Program-made: the position numbers and the translations under genes | NCBI GenBank assembly: GCA_041645165.1 | Contig: JBAZQN010000002.1 | Location: forward strand, 53,388-117,387 | Direction: 5' to 3' | From: Patescibacteria group bacterium | GTDB lineage: Bacteria > Patescibacteriota > Patescibacteriia > 2-02-FULL-49-11 | DNA: 64,000 nt | Notes under the pieces: generated by a model | What the model was told of the DNA's origin: nothing | Database searches by the model: none | What the model saw: the letters and a program-made list of their open reading frames with translations, nothing else | Shown: one piece after another, positions 26,160-35,967 of the stretch | Position numbering within the stretch: position 1 is the first letter of the stretch | How the letters are laid out: each line of letters begins with the position of its first letter

Positions 26160-27374
26160 ATGGAGGCGCGAAGCGCAAAATCTAAAGAGGATATAAAAGA
26201 ACTTCTTGACCGCGGCACTGCGGATGTCATTGACCGGAACCATATTGCGGGAAGGCTTTCAGAGGACAAAAAATTGAGGGTGAAGCTTGGGATTGACCCT
26301 TCAGGCACTGATTTGCACTTGGGGCATGCCGTCGTGGTGCGCAAATTGAGGCAATTCCAGCTCCGCGGCCATACGGTGGTGCTGATCATCGGCGATTGGA
26401 CCGCGCGGATAGGCGACCCGTCAGGAAGGAAGGAAACGCGGCCACAGCTTACCCCACAAGAAGTGAAAGCAAATGCGGAAAAGTATCTTTCCCAATTGTC
26501 GCTCATTCTTGATTTAAATAAGGTAGAGGTGCGGTGGCAGAGCGAGTGGTATAATACGTTCACGCTGCAGACTGTTATCGAGCTTGCGGCAAAATTTACC
26601 GTACAACAACTCCTGCAGCGGGATGATTTTAAGGAGAGGATAAAGGCGGGTATTGATGTGCGCTATCATGAGCCGCTCTATTGCCTCCTTCAGGGTTATG
26701 ATTCGGTTGCGGTAAAGGCTGATCTTGAACTTGGCGGCAATGATCAGCTCTTTAATCTTCTCAAAGGGCGCGAGGTGCAGGAGTGGTATAAGCAACCGAT
26801 GCAGGATGTGCTCACCATGCCGCTCCTCATAGGACTCGATGGCGCACAGAAGATGGGCAAGAGCCTTAAGAATTACATCGCGCTTGCGGATGCGCCCCGT
26901 GAGATGTATGGGAAAATCATGTCGCTGCCCGATGATCTCATCATCCATTATTTCACGCTTACCACCGATCTTCCCTTTCTCGAAGTCCGAACCATGGAAG
27001 AGCAGTTAAAGAAAGGAAAAGTAAATCCGCGGGATCTCAAATCGCGCTTAGCCCGCGAAGTTATCACGCTCTATCATGGCGCCGCGCGCGCCCAAGAAGC
27101 CGAGGTAGAATTCGTACGAGTGTTCCGTAATCATGAATTGCCGGAAGATATGACAGAAGTCGCGCTCATGGGCGAGGAGTGGCGGCCTGATGCATTGCTC
27201 ATGGCGCTGCATTTAGTGTCAAGCAAGGCGGAAGCGCAGCGCGTGATCGGGCAGAAAGGGATGAAATGCGCAGGTGTGATAATTAAAGACTGGAAGCAGG
27301 TCGTCACCGTGAAGGATGGCGATGTGGTACAGGTGGGGAAGCGCCGATGCGCAAGGGTGAAGATTTCAAAGTGA
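26160..27374 (+). CDS. tyrS: Tyrosine--tRNA ligase
   Basis: HIGH motif (DLHLGHAV), KMSKS motif (QKMGKS), and a C-terminal S4-like domain. Confidence 0.9.
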   Translation: MEARSAKSKEDIKELLDRGTADVIDRNHIAGRLSEDKKLRVKLGIDPSGTDLHLGHAVVVRKLRQFQLRGHTVVLIIGDWTARIGDPSGRKETRPQLTPQEVKANAEKYLSQLSLILDLNKVEVRWQSEWYNTFTLQTVIELAAKFTVQQLLQRDDFKERIKAGIDVRYHEPLYCLLQGYDSVAVKADLELGGNDQLFNLLKGREVQEWYKQPMQDVLTMPLLIGLDGAQKMGKSLKNYIALADAPREMYGKIMSLPDDLIIHYFTLTTDLPFLEVRTMEEQLKKGKVNPRDLKSRLAREVITLYHGAARAQEAEVEFVRVFRNHELPEDMTEVALMGEEWRPDALLMALHLVSSKAEAQRVIGQKGMKCAGVIIKDWKQVVTVKDGDVVQVGKRRCARVKISK

Positions 27375-27606
27375 AATTATATATTTGCAAAGAAAGAAAT
27401 TTTGTGTTATACTATCATTATCTATAATAAAAACAAATAAAAGAAACAATGAAGGAAGATAAGACCGCGAACTTCATTGTGCGTGACATTTATAGGGAGA
27501 AATCATGCCATCCTTTGTTTTATTATCCCTTTCCTTACCGTATTCGGTAGGAATTTTTATTTTAAAGGTCTTTGCTTTAACAGTTTAAAATATAAAAATA
27601 AAAACT

Positions 27607-30600
27607 ATGACAAATTCAAAACTTTTTTTACGTGTTTTTTTCCTTGCGGCTGCGATTGCCGCAGGAGCAATCATGAATCAGTATAGCGCACCGGGTGGGT
27701 ACGAGAATACCCTTGTGAGTTCCCCGTCTCAGGTTGTGGCGTCACGCAGAGATTGCGTGCGTGCTTCGCTTGACGGCCAGCCACTGGTGAACGGCATTGA
27801 TCACGAGCTTGCTATTCCGTCATTTGTGGGATCGCGGCGACTCTCCTATGCTGACCCGGGCGCAAGCCAATACATTGCCAAGGCGCAGGATTATGAGGTG
27901 CTTGATTTTTATCACGATCGGATGAACGCACTTTGTTGGACAGTGCGCGACTATAGCCATAACCGAGTAGTGTATGAACGGGGTGATGATAGGTTGCAGC
28001 TATCCCTGCTCACAAATCCTGTTTCCGGAAAGACTGTCATTGATTATCAGGTCATTACTCCTACGCGCGTACTAGGCGAGGCTGCGGTAAGGGCGGCTCA
28101 AGACGCACCACCTCCGCCATCCACTACTCCTCCTCCTGGTGATAGTTATCAACCCCCTCCCTCTACTACGCCACCTCCTGGCGATTACACTCCTCCACCT
28201 ACTACTCCACCTCCATCTGGTTCAGGGTCATGTTCAGGAGGACAAGTATGGTGTCCTAGTTCGAGCGGTTCCGGCGGTTGGTGCCAAAATTCTCCCTGCC
28301 CTGCTCCTCCACCGCCCTCGTCCGGTATGGGATCTTGTTTTAGTGGACAGGTTTGGTGTACTCAAAATGGTGGTGGTTGGTGCCAGATACCGCCGTGTCC
28401 TTCCTCAACACCGCCTACGAGTACCACCTGTTCTGGCGAATACCAGCAGACTGGCAGTACGTACCCGATGTGTAATTATTCCAAGTGTCCCAATGGGTGC
28501 AATTACGGATCGGACGGATGCCCCAATAGCTGTTATAGTTCCATGTCATCTTCATGCCCTTCCGGCCAATATTGGTGCAATGGCGCTTGTATAGCAAATA
28601 GCAGCTCATGTACATCTTCGTCAAGTTCAAACTCATGCACGAATGGCATGACATGGTGTACAAGTACGAGCGGTTCCGGCGGGTGGTGCCAGTATCCACC
28701 TTGCCCGTCTTCAGCCCCTCCTTCGAGCAGTACAACCTGCACCGGCAGTTACCAGCAACCTGGCGTTTCCTATGCCTCATGTAATTATTCTACGTGCCCT
28801 AACGGATGCGATTGGGGATCGAATGGGTGCCCCAGCGGTTGCTACACCCCTTGCCCTTCGGGACAATATAGGTGTAACGGAAGTTGTATTTCGAGCAATT
28901 CATATTGTGCACCCAGCGGCGGCTCCGGAGGTATGATGGATCAGAGCTCATGCACCAATTCTGGAGGATTGTGGTGCCAACCAACCACTGCGCCCCATTG
29001 TCACCCTGGTCCCAACCCAGGCTCCTGCGAACCAGATACTCCCGGTGGATACACGAGCTGTGCCACGGGACAATATATGTGCAATGGCTCCTGTATTGCC
29101 AGCAACGCTCCATGCAGCCCAAGTTCATGGCCTTCAGATTCAACAAGCTGTATGAGCTCTGGAAAATACTGGTGTACCCCGAGTACTGGCGGTATGAGTT
29201 GGTGTCAATCAAGCCCCTGCACCGCTTCCACATCATCAACGGGTGGCGCGTGTTCAGGCGGTCAAGTAAGGTGCACGAGTTCCACTGGTTCAGGCGGGTG
29301 GTGCCAGATACCGCCCTGTCCGAGCACTGCCACCTCTTCCGCATGCCCTTCTGGGCAGTACTGGTGTCCGCAAACAAATGGTTGTCTCAGTAATTCACAA
29401 CCGTGCGCAGTTACTAATACTAACACTAATACTTATCAACCTACTCCCGCGCCTACGGTGAAGTGCGGTCAGTGCCAAGTGGCACAAGGGGGGAAATGTG
29501 AGAAGGCGCCGGTGGGCACCCTGGATCCGCTCTGCAATGGAGGCCAATGCGACCAGTATGGAGGGTGCGTGCAGTTAAGCGGCGGGAGGAAATTGGTAGG
29601 CGACGGCGCCATCTGCGGCGACCGATGGTGCAATGTGGAGAAAGGTGAAAATAAAGAAAATTGTCCTGCTGAGTGTACGAACGAAGCGAAACGGTCACCG
29701 CAACCAGTGCAGTATCAACCAACGAAGCCGCAGCAGATGCAACCGCAAGGACAATTTCAGCCTCCCTCCCAATCTGGTCAGTATCAAGGGCAGTATCCTG
29801 AAGGCCGGTATCAACAAGGTCCTGGAACCGCGACCGGACTGGAGAAGATGAATGGGTTTGATGAAGAGCAAGAAAAGCAAAGGCAGGAACAGCAGTTCAA
29901 GATGATGAAACAAAACCTCAAACAATTCAGTAAAGAAATCACCAATATGCAGAAAAAGGTGAAACAGATGGAGTCGCGTTTGAAAAAACTCGGGGTAGGG
30001 ATACCACCGGAGCTTGTCACGGCGCTCGCAGAAGCGCCCGCAGCGGTGAAAGCGCTTGAGAAAGCGTCCACCTTTGAAGAAGTAGAAGAAGGCATTGGCG
30101 CCGCAGAGGATATTGCGATGGTGTTGCAGGAGTGGGGCCCGAAATTGGGAGAGATTGAGCGATTTGCCACTATGCTCAAACAAATTGACAAGGACGTGAA
30201 GAGTATGGCAAGCACGGTCAAACGCCTTCAGGCGAGCGCGAAGCGGAAGCCAGAACTTCAGGGGCCTGTCGCCGAACTTGAAGCGACATGGAGTGCCATG
30301 CAGGGATCTGCCGTCGAGGCGAAAGCGCTTGCCAAGTCCGATCCTGAATCTGGCCAAGAGAAACTGGACTCATTCTATGACAGCACGGAAGAGTTCTGGA
30401 ATCAGGTATCCTACATTGACATGGTGAGCAATGTGAGCAAAGGCCTTGCGAAAGCAAAAACAGAGCTCTCACGTGCAGACCGCAGGGTAGCGGCATTGGC
30501 GAAGAAAAAAGGCATTGATCCTGACGCGGTGGCTCAAGCGAAGGCTATCGTCGTGAACATGAAGGATCTTTATAATGAGCTCAAGGGGCTTATTTCCGCA

Positions 30601-30801
30601 AAGCCAATCGATTACGAAGCAGTGGGCGCTTCTGCGGAGGAATTTTGGGATGTGATGCAAGAATTTGAAAATATGATGGCCGCGTATGGAGACCGTACAT
30701 ATATGCCGAAGGTAAGCACAGGAAAAGGCGTGAACGTAGTGATACCAGAAGGATTTATCATGCAGAATACTTATTCCTCTCCTGCGCCACAAACTCCGTA
30801 A
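27607..30801 (+). CDS. Large secreted Cys-rich modular protein (about 1064 aa) with Pro/Ser/Thr linkers and a C-terminal coiled-coil region
   Basis: Signal peptide; repeated modules GSGGWCQ(N/Y/I)(S)PPCP and C.SGQ(Y/V)WC; two tandem roughly 300-bp duplications (TC(S/T)G.YQQ.G..Y..CNYS.CPNGC..GS.GCP..CY); C-terminal 350 aa Lys/Glu-rich and helical. Confidence 0.6.
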   Translation: MTNSKLFLRVFFLAAAIAAGAIMNQYSAPGGYENTLVSSPSQVVASRRDCVRASLDGQPLVNGIDHELAIPSFVGSRRLSYADPGASQYIAKAQDYEVLDFYHDRMNALCWTVRDYSHNRVVYERGDDRLQLSLLTNPVSGKTVIDYQVITPTRVLGEAAVRAAQDAPPPPSTTPPPGDSYQPPPSTTPPPGDYTPPPTTPPPSGSGSCSGGQVWCPSSSGSGGWCQNSPCPAPPPPSSGMGSCFSGQVWCTQNGGGWCQIPPCPSSTPPTSTTCSGEYQQTGSTYPMCNYSKCPNGCNYGSDGCPNSCYSSMSSSCPSGQYWCNGACIANSSSCTSSSSSNSCTNGMTWCTSTSGSGGWCQYPPCPSSAPPSSSTTCTGSYQQPGVSYASCNYSTCPNGCDWGSNGCPSGCYTPCPSGQYRCNGSCISSNSYCAPSGGSGGMMDQSSCTNSGGLWCQPTTAPHCHPGPNPGSCEPDTPGGYTSCATGQYMCNGSCIASNAPCSPSSWPSDSTSCMSSGKYWCTPSTGGMSWCQSSPCTASTSSTGGACSGGQVRCTSSTGSGGWCQIPPCPSTATSSACPSGQYWCPQTNGCLSNSQPCAVTNTNTNTYQPTPAPTVKCGQCQVAQGGKCEKAPVGTLDPLCNGGQCDQYGGCVQLSGGRKLVGDGAICGDRWCNVEKGENKENCPAECTNEAKRSPQPVQYQPTKPQQMQPQGQFQPPSQSGQYQGQYPEGRYQQGPGTATGLEKMNGFDEEQEKQRQEQQFKMMKQNLKQFSKEITNMQKKVKQMESRLKKLGVGIPPELVTALAEAPAAVKALEKASTFEEVEEGIGAAEDIAMVLQEWGPKLGEIERFATMLKQIDKDVKSMASTVKRLQASAKRKPELQGPVAELEATWSAMQGSAVEAKALAKSDPESGQEKLDSFYDSTEEFWNQVSYIDMVSNVSKGLAKAKTELSRADRRVAALAKKKGIDPDAVAQAKAIVVNMKDLYNELKGLISAKPIDYEAVGASAEEFWDVMQEFENMMAAYGDRTYMPKVSTGKGVNVVIPEGFIMQNTYSSPAPQTP

Positions 30802-30833
30802 ATTTAACCGCATTGCGTGCTGAGTGGTTCCCG

Positions 30834-30866
30834 TAAAAAGAGAGCGCATCGTGCGCTCTCTTTTGA
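30834..30866. terminator. Bidirectional terminator (AAAAAG-AGAGCGCA-tcg-TGCGCTCT-CTTTTG) between convergent genes
   Basis: Perfect GC-rich stem flanked by an A-run and a T-run. Confidence 0.7.
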
Positions 30867-30883
30867 TAATACAATATAGAATA

Positions 30884-31837
30884 TTAAGAACGATAATACC
30901 GCGCGGCGGATTCGGGGGAGACCGTGTTGATAATGAGGCGCGAGCCGAGCTCGATACCCGCCCAGATATCGCGGCGTGGGGCGATGCGCAAATAAAAGTG
31001 CTCTTCTTTATCGGTGATCGCTTGGTGGAGATAGAAGTTGTAGGAAATTTGCAGGGCGTTCACCTTCTTAATGATGCGTTTGGTAAACGCGGCAAGCGAG
31101 TGAAGTTCTTGCACATTAAGCTGGGTAATGTTATCAAGGTGCCTGCGCGGCATGATCCATACCTCGTAATTATAGATAGACGCCCAGGGTGCAAACGCGA
31201 CCATGTGCGCGTCAGAGAAGATGCGGCGCGGCCCCTTCTCTTCTTTCTTGATGAGTTTATCATAATAACAGGTACCGTGCGCGATGCGGTATTCTTGCCC
31301 TTTGGTGAGCTTGTCAATGATGTGGGGCGGCAAGAATCCCGTGGCGAAAATCTGGGAATGCGCGTGCACGAGAGAGGCGCCGGCCTTGCCGCCGTGGTTT
31401 TTGAAGATGAGGATGTATTTTATTTTTCTGTCGCGGGAAAGCGCGCGGGTTCGTGCGATATAGGTTTCGAAAATGTGCATGATATGCGCATCCGGCAGTT
31501 CGCCGATTTCCACATTATGCTCTGGCGTCTCCACCACCACTTCCTGGGTGCCATAGGCATTGGGATTCGCGGGGGATACCACCGGGAATTTATTTTTGAC
31601 TACCTTAACGAGCCATGACGGCTTTTTCCCGCGCGCGGGATTCGCCACGGTATAGATGCCTTTCGCGCGCATGAGCGGGTCCTGGCAGAAGGGGCACTCG
31701 CGCGAGGATACAGGCACTTCCGTTGGCTGCACGTCGTGGGGGCGTTTGCCGCGCTTAGGCGCGATAATCACGAAACGGTCATGGATGGGATCGGTGCGAA
31801 TTTCAGATTTGATCATAAGATCAGTATGACATTTCAT
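30884..31837 (-). CDS. galT: Galactose-1-phosphate uridylyltransferase family (HIT-like nucleotidyltransferase)
   Basis: CPFC zinc-knuckle motif and the HAHSQ (HxHxQ) catalytic motif, with a roughly 320-aa length. Confidence 0.7.
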   Translation of the reverse strand: MKCHTDLMIKSEIRTDPIHDRFVIIAPKRGKRPHDVQPTEVPVSSRECPFCQDPLMRAKGIYTVANPARGKKPSWLVKVVKNKFPVVSPANPNAYGTQEVVVETPEHNVEIGELPDAHIMHIFETYIARTRALSRDRKIKYILIFKNHGGKAGASLVHAHSQIFATGFLPPHIIDKLTKGQEYRIAHGTCYYDKLIKKEEKGPRRIFSDAHMVAFAPWASIYNYEVWIMPRRHLDNITQLNVQELHSLAAFTKRIIKKVNALQISYNFYLHQAITDKEEHFYLRIAPRRDIWAGIELGSRLIINTVSPESAARYYRS

Positions 31838-32559
31838 GTCGCTTTTTGCCAGATGTACTCAAACATTGCGCGCTGGATCGCGGCGAGTTCTTTGCTTTCT
31901 ATAACTACGGCAATGTAGTCATTCACGAATGAGAAGAGGGCTATTTTATTACCAAAGATCGCCATCATGCCATGGTAATTAAATTCAGGTGGAATAAGTT
32001 TAACCACACGAAGCTCCTCTTGACCGAGACGTTGGCGTTCGCGCGCTTTCGGTGAATCCCGTAGTATAACGCGGGCAAGGATTCTTTCTGCTGCGCGGCG
32101 TTTTACGAAATTTGGATAGTAGTCGCCAAGCGCTGCGAACAAATCGTCAGCCGAACTGAAGGCACAGATTTCTTTGTTGCCTTGCAGTACCTCTTCAAAA
32201 ACCTGTTCCATCCCCTTCTTCCCCTGAAAAAAACGCACTTGCGGCCTCTCGCGCGTAAGACCATAGAGCGCCTCGAGTTGGGGGAGGGCTTCTTTCAGCG
32301 TGTTTGCCCGCCGCTGCGCCAGTTCAGCAATCTTTTTCGGTTCTTCCACGCTGTAGTAGCGTGTTTTTTTCTTAATATAACTTGAGGCGATCCCCTGGTT
32401 TTTTAATGACTCTAATACGTCATAGCACGTAGGGCGCGGAATTTCCGCCTTTCTCGCAATTGTATTCACGGGTGATGATCCCAATTCAAGCGTGGCGAGG
32501 TACACCCGAGCCTGTTTTTCTGTGAGACCAAAATTTTGGAGAACTTTTGCTATGTTCAT
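31834..32559 (-). CDS. TrmB-family transcriptional regulator (paralog 3)
   Basis: LQNFGLTEKQARVYLATLELGSSPVNTIARKAEIPRPTCYDVLESLKNQGI. Confidence 0.7.
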   Translation of the reverse strand: MNIAKVLQNFGLTEKQARVYLATLELGSSPVNTIARKAEIPRPTCYDVLESLKNQGIASSYIKKKTRYYSVEEPKKIAELAQRRANTLKEALPQLEALYGLTRERPQVRFFQGKKGMEQVFEEVLQGNKEICAFSSADDLFAALGDYYPNFVKRRAAERILARVILRDSPKARERQRLGQEELRVVKLIPPEFNYHGMMAIFGNKIALFSFVNDYIAVVIESKELAAIQRAMFEYIWQKAT

Positions 32560-32680
32560 ACTTTCAAATTTTCATGGTTCTCCCCATAAAAAGGGGGAGA
32601 TTATAGAGGGGGTGTCATGGCGTATTCACGTTATAATCATATCCGTCGGTCTTTCCGACGACTAACTAATGTAATTATTT

Positions 32681-32697
32681 TAGCTTAAATTAAGCTA
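32681..32697. promoter_or_regulatory. Perfect 17-bp palindrome TAGCTTAAATTAAGCTA in the divergent TrmB-3 / 32819 promoter region
   Basis: Exact dyad symmetry. A nearby TGGAT-N6-ATCCA inverted repeat lies at about 32775. Confidence 0.4.
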
Positions 32698-32818
32698 TTT
32701 ATCAAGTTTACTAATTCTACGTGTCGGAGTTATAGACGGGTTGTGTGTGGATTCTATAATAAATGGATAATATAATCCATAAATTCAAATCGTTCATTTA
32801 AACTTCGGAGGTACAATA

Positions 32819-33331
32819 ATGATAGGCAAGGTTGTATTTTTCGTGCGACACCTACCGGTGGAGGGGGAAAATTTAGGGGGTCTCAAGGACCCTCACAACA
32901 TTAGTGCCTCACTCTCAGATGACGGGAAGAAACAAATTCCAAGAATAGTTGAGTTCTTCCGTCATTTTCAAACTACTTTAGTAGTAGCGGGAGACGCACC
33001 ACGTTACCTCGAGGTGGCAAAACCGATCTCACGAGAGTTCGGTATCCCATTACAGATTAATTCCCGACTAATACAGAGTAGTGGGAATAAGAGGCCTACG
33101 GGAGCAGAGCGAGTGGTAAGGTTGATCAGTTTGAGGAAAATTATCCTGAGACTGATTGAAGACTTACCCGATCGAACAATAGTTGTAACAGGCAACATCT
33201 ATATTCAAAGCCTCTTCTTTGGTGAGGATATCACCATTGAAGAGGTCGAAAGAAAAGGAGAGTTATATCGCACTAAACCTGGGTGCGGTGTAATCTATAT
33301 GGCAGGATTACTCCTGCCATTCGAGATTTGA
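32819..33331 (+). CDS. Hypothetical protein, possibly histidine-phosphatase-superfamily-like
   Basis: N-terminal VVFFVRH resembles the RHG phosphatase motif. The evidence is weak. Confidence 0.3.
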   Translation: MIGKVVFFVRHLPVEGENLGGLKDPHNISASLSDDGKKQIPRIVEFFRHFQTTLVVAGDAPRYLEVAKPISREFGIPLQINSRLIQSSGNKRPTGAERVVRLISLRKIILRLIEDLPDRTIVVTGNIYIQSLFFGEDITIEEVERKGELYRTKPGCGVIYMAGLLLPFEI

Positions 33332-33392
33332 AAATTTGCCTGACTGGTGATGACGCTCAATTTCACCAGTCAGGCAGAGCGATACTTCTAAT

Positions 33393-34469
33393 TTGACTAT
33401 GAAATCGATTGAAGAAACACAGTGGCACTTTAGCGTGAAACGTCCGATTTACCTCTTGGATGCATCGTTAATCTTAACCAGTGATATTCACGAACTTCGG
33501 CAATATGCAGGGAAAGCATACTCTCATTCCTTTGTGGTCATCGAAGATGGGCTTGGTAGTTATTATGCACCATATAATGAAGTAAACGAACAAATACATT
33601 ATCTCACGCAAGATATTACTCAAGCACAAAATATCATTTCTCTCTTTTCACAGAGTAGATCGAGGCTCGAACAGTACCTTAAGAAAATAATTGAGGAAGT
33701 TGAACTCGGTCATTATTCACCAATTCATTTACAATACCTTTTTGATAAATATCGTCATTTTGTTCCCTTTCGGATTGTCACGAGGGTTGTGGGGTATCGG
33801 GAAGATTTACCTGATGCATTCATTGAGCAGGCGGCACAAGCGCGTATGCAGTTTAAAGAAGCGTGGACAGTATTACGAGAAGAGTTGGAGAGATTGTGGG
33901 TTTCTCTTGCCCGCTTGCGTGGTTTTTCTGAACATATTCTTAAAGCGCATACGTGCCAAGAGTGTTTGTGGTTGTTTGAGAATTTACCTGCACAGAGTGC
34001 GCGGGTGAGGAACGAGGTGCGAAGAAGAAAGATCGTCCTCTATCGCACGAGATGGAAAGAAATGGTTGTGGTGGGGAAAGAAGCGGAGAGATTTCTTAAA
34101 GCAGCATTGCGAGAAGAGCCCGACAAAGAAACTGCTTGTGTTATTAGTGGTCGAGTGGCTTGTCAGGGATATGCGCAAGGGGAGGTGAAAGTTATTTTTC
34201 AATCAAAAGGAGTTAAAATTGAGAAACCGTTTATTCTCGTGACTTCAATGACAACGCCGGATTTTGTTCCTTTATTGAAGTATGCACAGGCGATAGTTAC
34301 GGATGAGGGTGGGCTTACTTGTCATGCCGCGATTATTTCCCGGGAGTTCAATATCCCATGCGTCATTGGCACGAAAATCGCCACCAAAGTATTACGGGAC
34401 GGCGATTCTGTCGAAGTTGACGCTTGGAAAGGTGTAGTAAGTAAACTCACTGAGTGGGATCGTGATTGA
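33393..34469 (+). CDS. PEP-utilizing-enzyme mobile (phosphohistidine) domain protein
   Basis: C-terminal TDEGGLTCHAAIISREFNIPCVIG is the PEP-utilizers phospho-His signature. The N-terminal roughly 250 aa are uncharacterised. Confidence 0.65.
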   Translation: MTMKSIEETQWHFSVKRPIYLLDASLILTSDIHELRQYAGKAYSHSFVVIEDGLGSYYAPYNEVNEQIHYLTQDITQAQNIISLFSQSRSRLEQYLKKIIEEVELGHYSPIHLQYLFDKYRHFVPFRIVTRVVGYREDLPDAFIEQAAQARMQFKEAWTVLREELERLWVSLARLRGFSEHILKAHTCQECLWLFENLPAQSARVRNEVRRRKIVLYRTRWKEMVVVGKEAERFLKAALREEPDKETACVISGRVACQGYAQGEVKVIFQSKGVKIEKPFILVTSMTTPDFVPLLKYAQAIVTDEGGLTCHAAIISREFNIPCVIGTKIATKVLRDGDSVEVDAWKGVVSKLTEWDRD

Positions 34470-34478
34470 TTATTAACA

Positions 34479-35945
34479 CTACGATTTGATTATATCTTGG
34501 TAAAGTTCAATGTATTCGTTGGCAGAATGTTTCCAGGAGAAGTTTTGGGTCATATCATTGGCGCGTAGTCTAGATATAACTTGAGGCTGTTCTTGGTAGA
34601 TGCTGAGTGCTGTTTCGATGCTTTTTATAAGAGCAGCCGTACTATACTCATTACATACAAATCCAGTAGCTCCGATTGTTTGAAAATTGAAAATTGAAAA
34701 TTGAAAATTTTTCACCGTGTCTTTGAGGCCTCCTACCGCTGTGGCTATAGGAATCGTGCCGTAGCGCATGGCGATCATTTGCCCCAACCCGCAGGGCTCG
34801 AAGCGCGATGGCATGAGGAAGAAGTCGCCCGCAGCATAAAGGAGGTGCGCCAAGGGTTCGTCAAAACGTTCGGCAAATCGGAATTTGTCAGGGAATTGCG
34901 CGGCGAGCTTGTTAAGTTCAGCGGCATATTTTTTATCTCCGGTGGCCAGAATGATGCACTGCATATCGCGGGCAGGCAGGAGTTTTTGTAACGCCGGGAT
35001 GAGTATGTCAAAACCTTTCTGCTCGGTGAGGCGGGAGACCATGACCACTAGCGGGCCGGCCGCATTGAGCGGTAATTGCAATGCTGTTTGCGCTTGTTTT
35101 TTTAATGCTATTTTCGCAGCGCTTATTTTTTTTGGTGCATTGAAATGCGTGGTGAGAAATTGGTCAGTGGCGGGATTCCAATAATCTGTATCAATGCCGT
35201 TCAAGATGCCTATGGGCGGGTGCGGGAGGTTTTTTAGGTTTGTGTCGAGTCCTTGGCCGTTTGCAGGCGTGGTAATTTCCTGCGCATACGTCGGGCTTAC
35301 TGTTGAGATGCGGTCTGCGGCGTGAAGCGCGGAAGCGAGGAAATTTATTTTAGTTGATTTGTGGGGATGCGGTGTGAGCGCATCGGTAATAGTATCGCCA
35401 AATGCACGGCGCACCTCAATATGTGGGTGAATTCCCTGATATGCAAGATTATGAATAGTAAATAATGTGCGTATTTGTTTTTGTGTTTTTATAATCACTG
35501 GCAGCGCGCCCGTCTGCCAGTCATGGCAATGAATAATGTCTGGTTTCCAATTGAGCGATTTAATCAGTTCAGGAATGGCGCGGGAAAAGAGGCCGAAACG
35601 GTTAAGCTCGGCATTGCTGCCGCCTGATGACGCATCAGTCTCGAGGTATATGCCGCCGTTGCCAAAATATTGCGGATGGTCGAGGAGATAGACCGGTACA
35701 TCGCTTCCCGGAAGATTGGTTTGCCGGACGACTATTGACTGTTTTTCTCCGTTGAAGGGAACGGATAGCGCTTCTGTCTCTTGAGAAGAGAATTTTTTAT
35801 CGTCAATCACGTCATATTTCGGGAGTGCGATGCGGACATCGATGCCAAGCGTACGCAGCGCTTTCGGGAGCGACCCCGCCACGTCGGCAAGTCCGCCCAC
35901 CTTGGCAAGCGGCGCGCACTCTGATGCGACGAAGAGAATTTTCAT
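34479..35945 (-). CDS. glgA: Glycogen/starch synthase (GT5, ADP-glucose type), copy 1
   Basis: N-terminal KVGGLADVAGSLPKAL and C-terminal MPSRFEPCGLGQMIAMRYGTIP motifs. Confidence 0.85.
   Translation of the reverse strand: MKILFVASECAPLAKVGGLADVAGSLPKALRTLGIDVRIALPKYDVIDDKKFSSQETEALSVPFNGEKQSIVVRQTNLPGSDVPVYLLDHPQYFGNGGIYLETDASSGGSNAELNRFGLFSRAIPELIKSLNWKPDIIHCHDWQTGALPVIIKTQKQIRTLFTIHNLAYQGIHPHIEVRRAFGDTITDALTPHPHKSTKINFLASALHAADRISTVSPTYAQEITTPANGQGLDTNLKNLPHPPIGILNGIDTDYWNPATDQFLTTHFNAPKKISAAKIALKKQAQTALQLPLNAAGPLVVMVSRLTEQKGFDILIPALQKLLPARDMQCIILATGDKKYAAELNKLAAQFPDKFRFAERFDEPLAHLLYAAGDFFLMPSRFEPCGLGQMIAMRYGTIPIATAVGGLKDTVKNFQFSIFNFQTIGATGFVCNEYSTAALIKSIETALSIYQEQPQVISRLRANDMTQNFSWKHSANEYIELYQDIIKS
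34681..34708. repeat. Heptanucleotide microsatellite (GAAAATT)x4 inside the glgA-1 coding sequence
   Basis: Exact 4x7-nt tandem repeat. It is translated as NFQFSIFNFQ in a loop that is otherwise variable between the two glgA copies. Confidence 0.8.
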
Positions 35946-35967
35946 ATTCTATATTCGCGATTACTCC

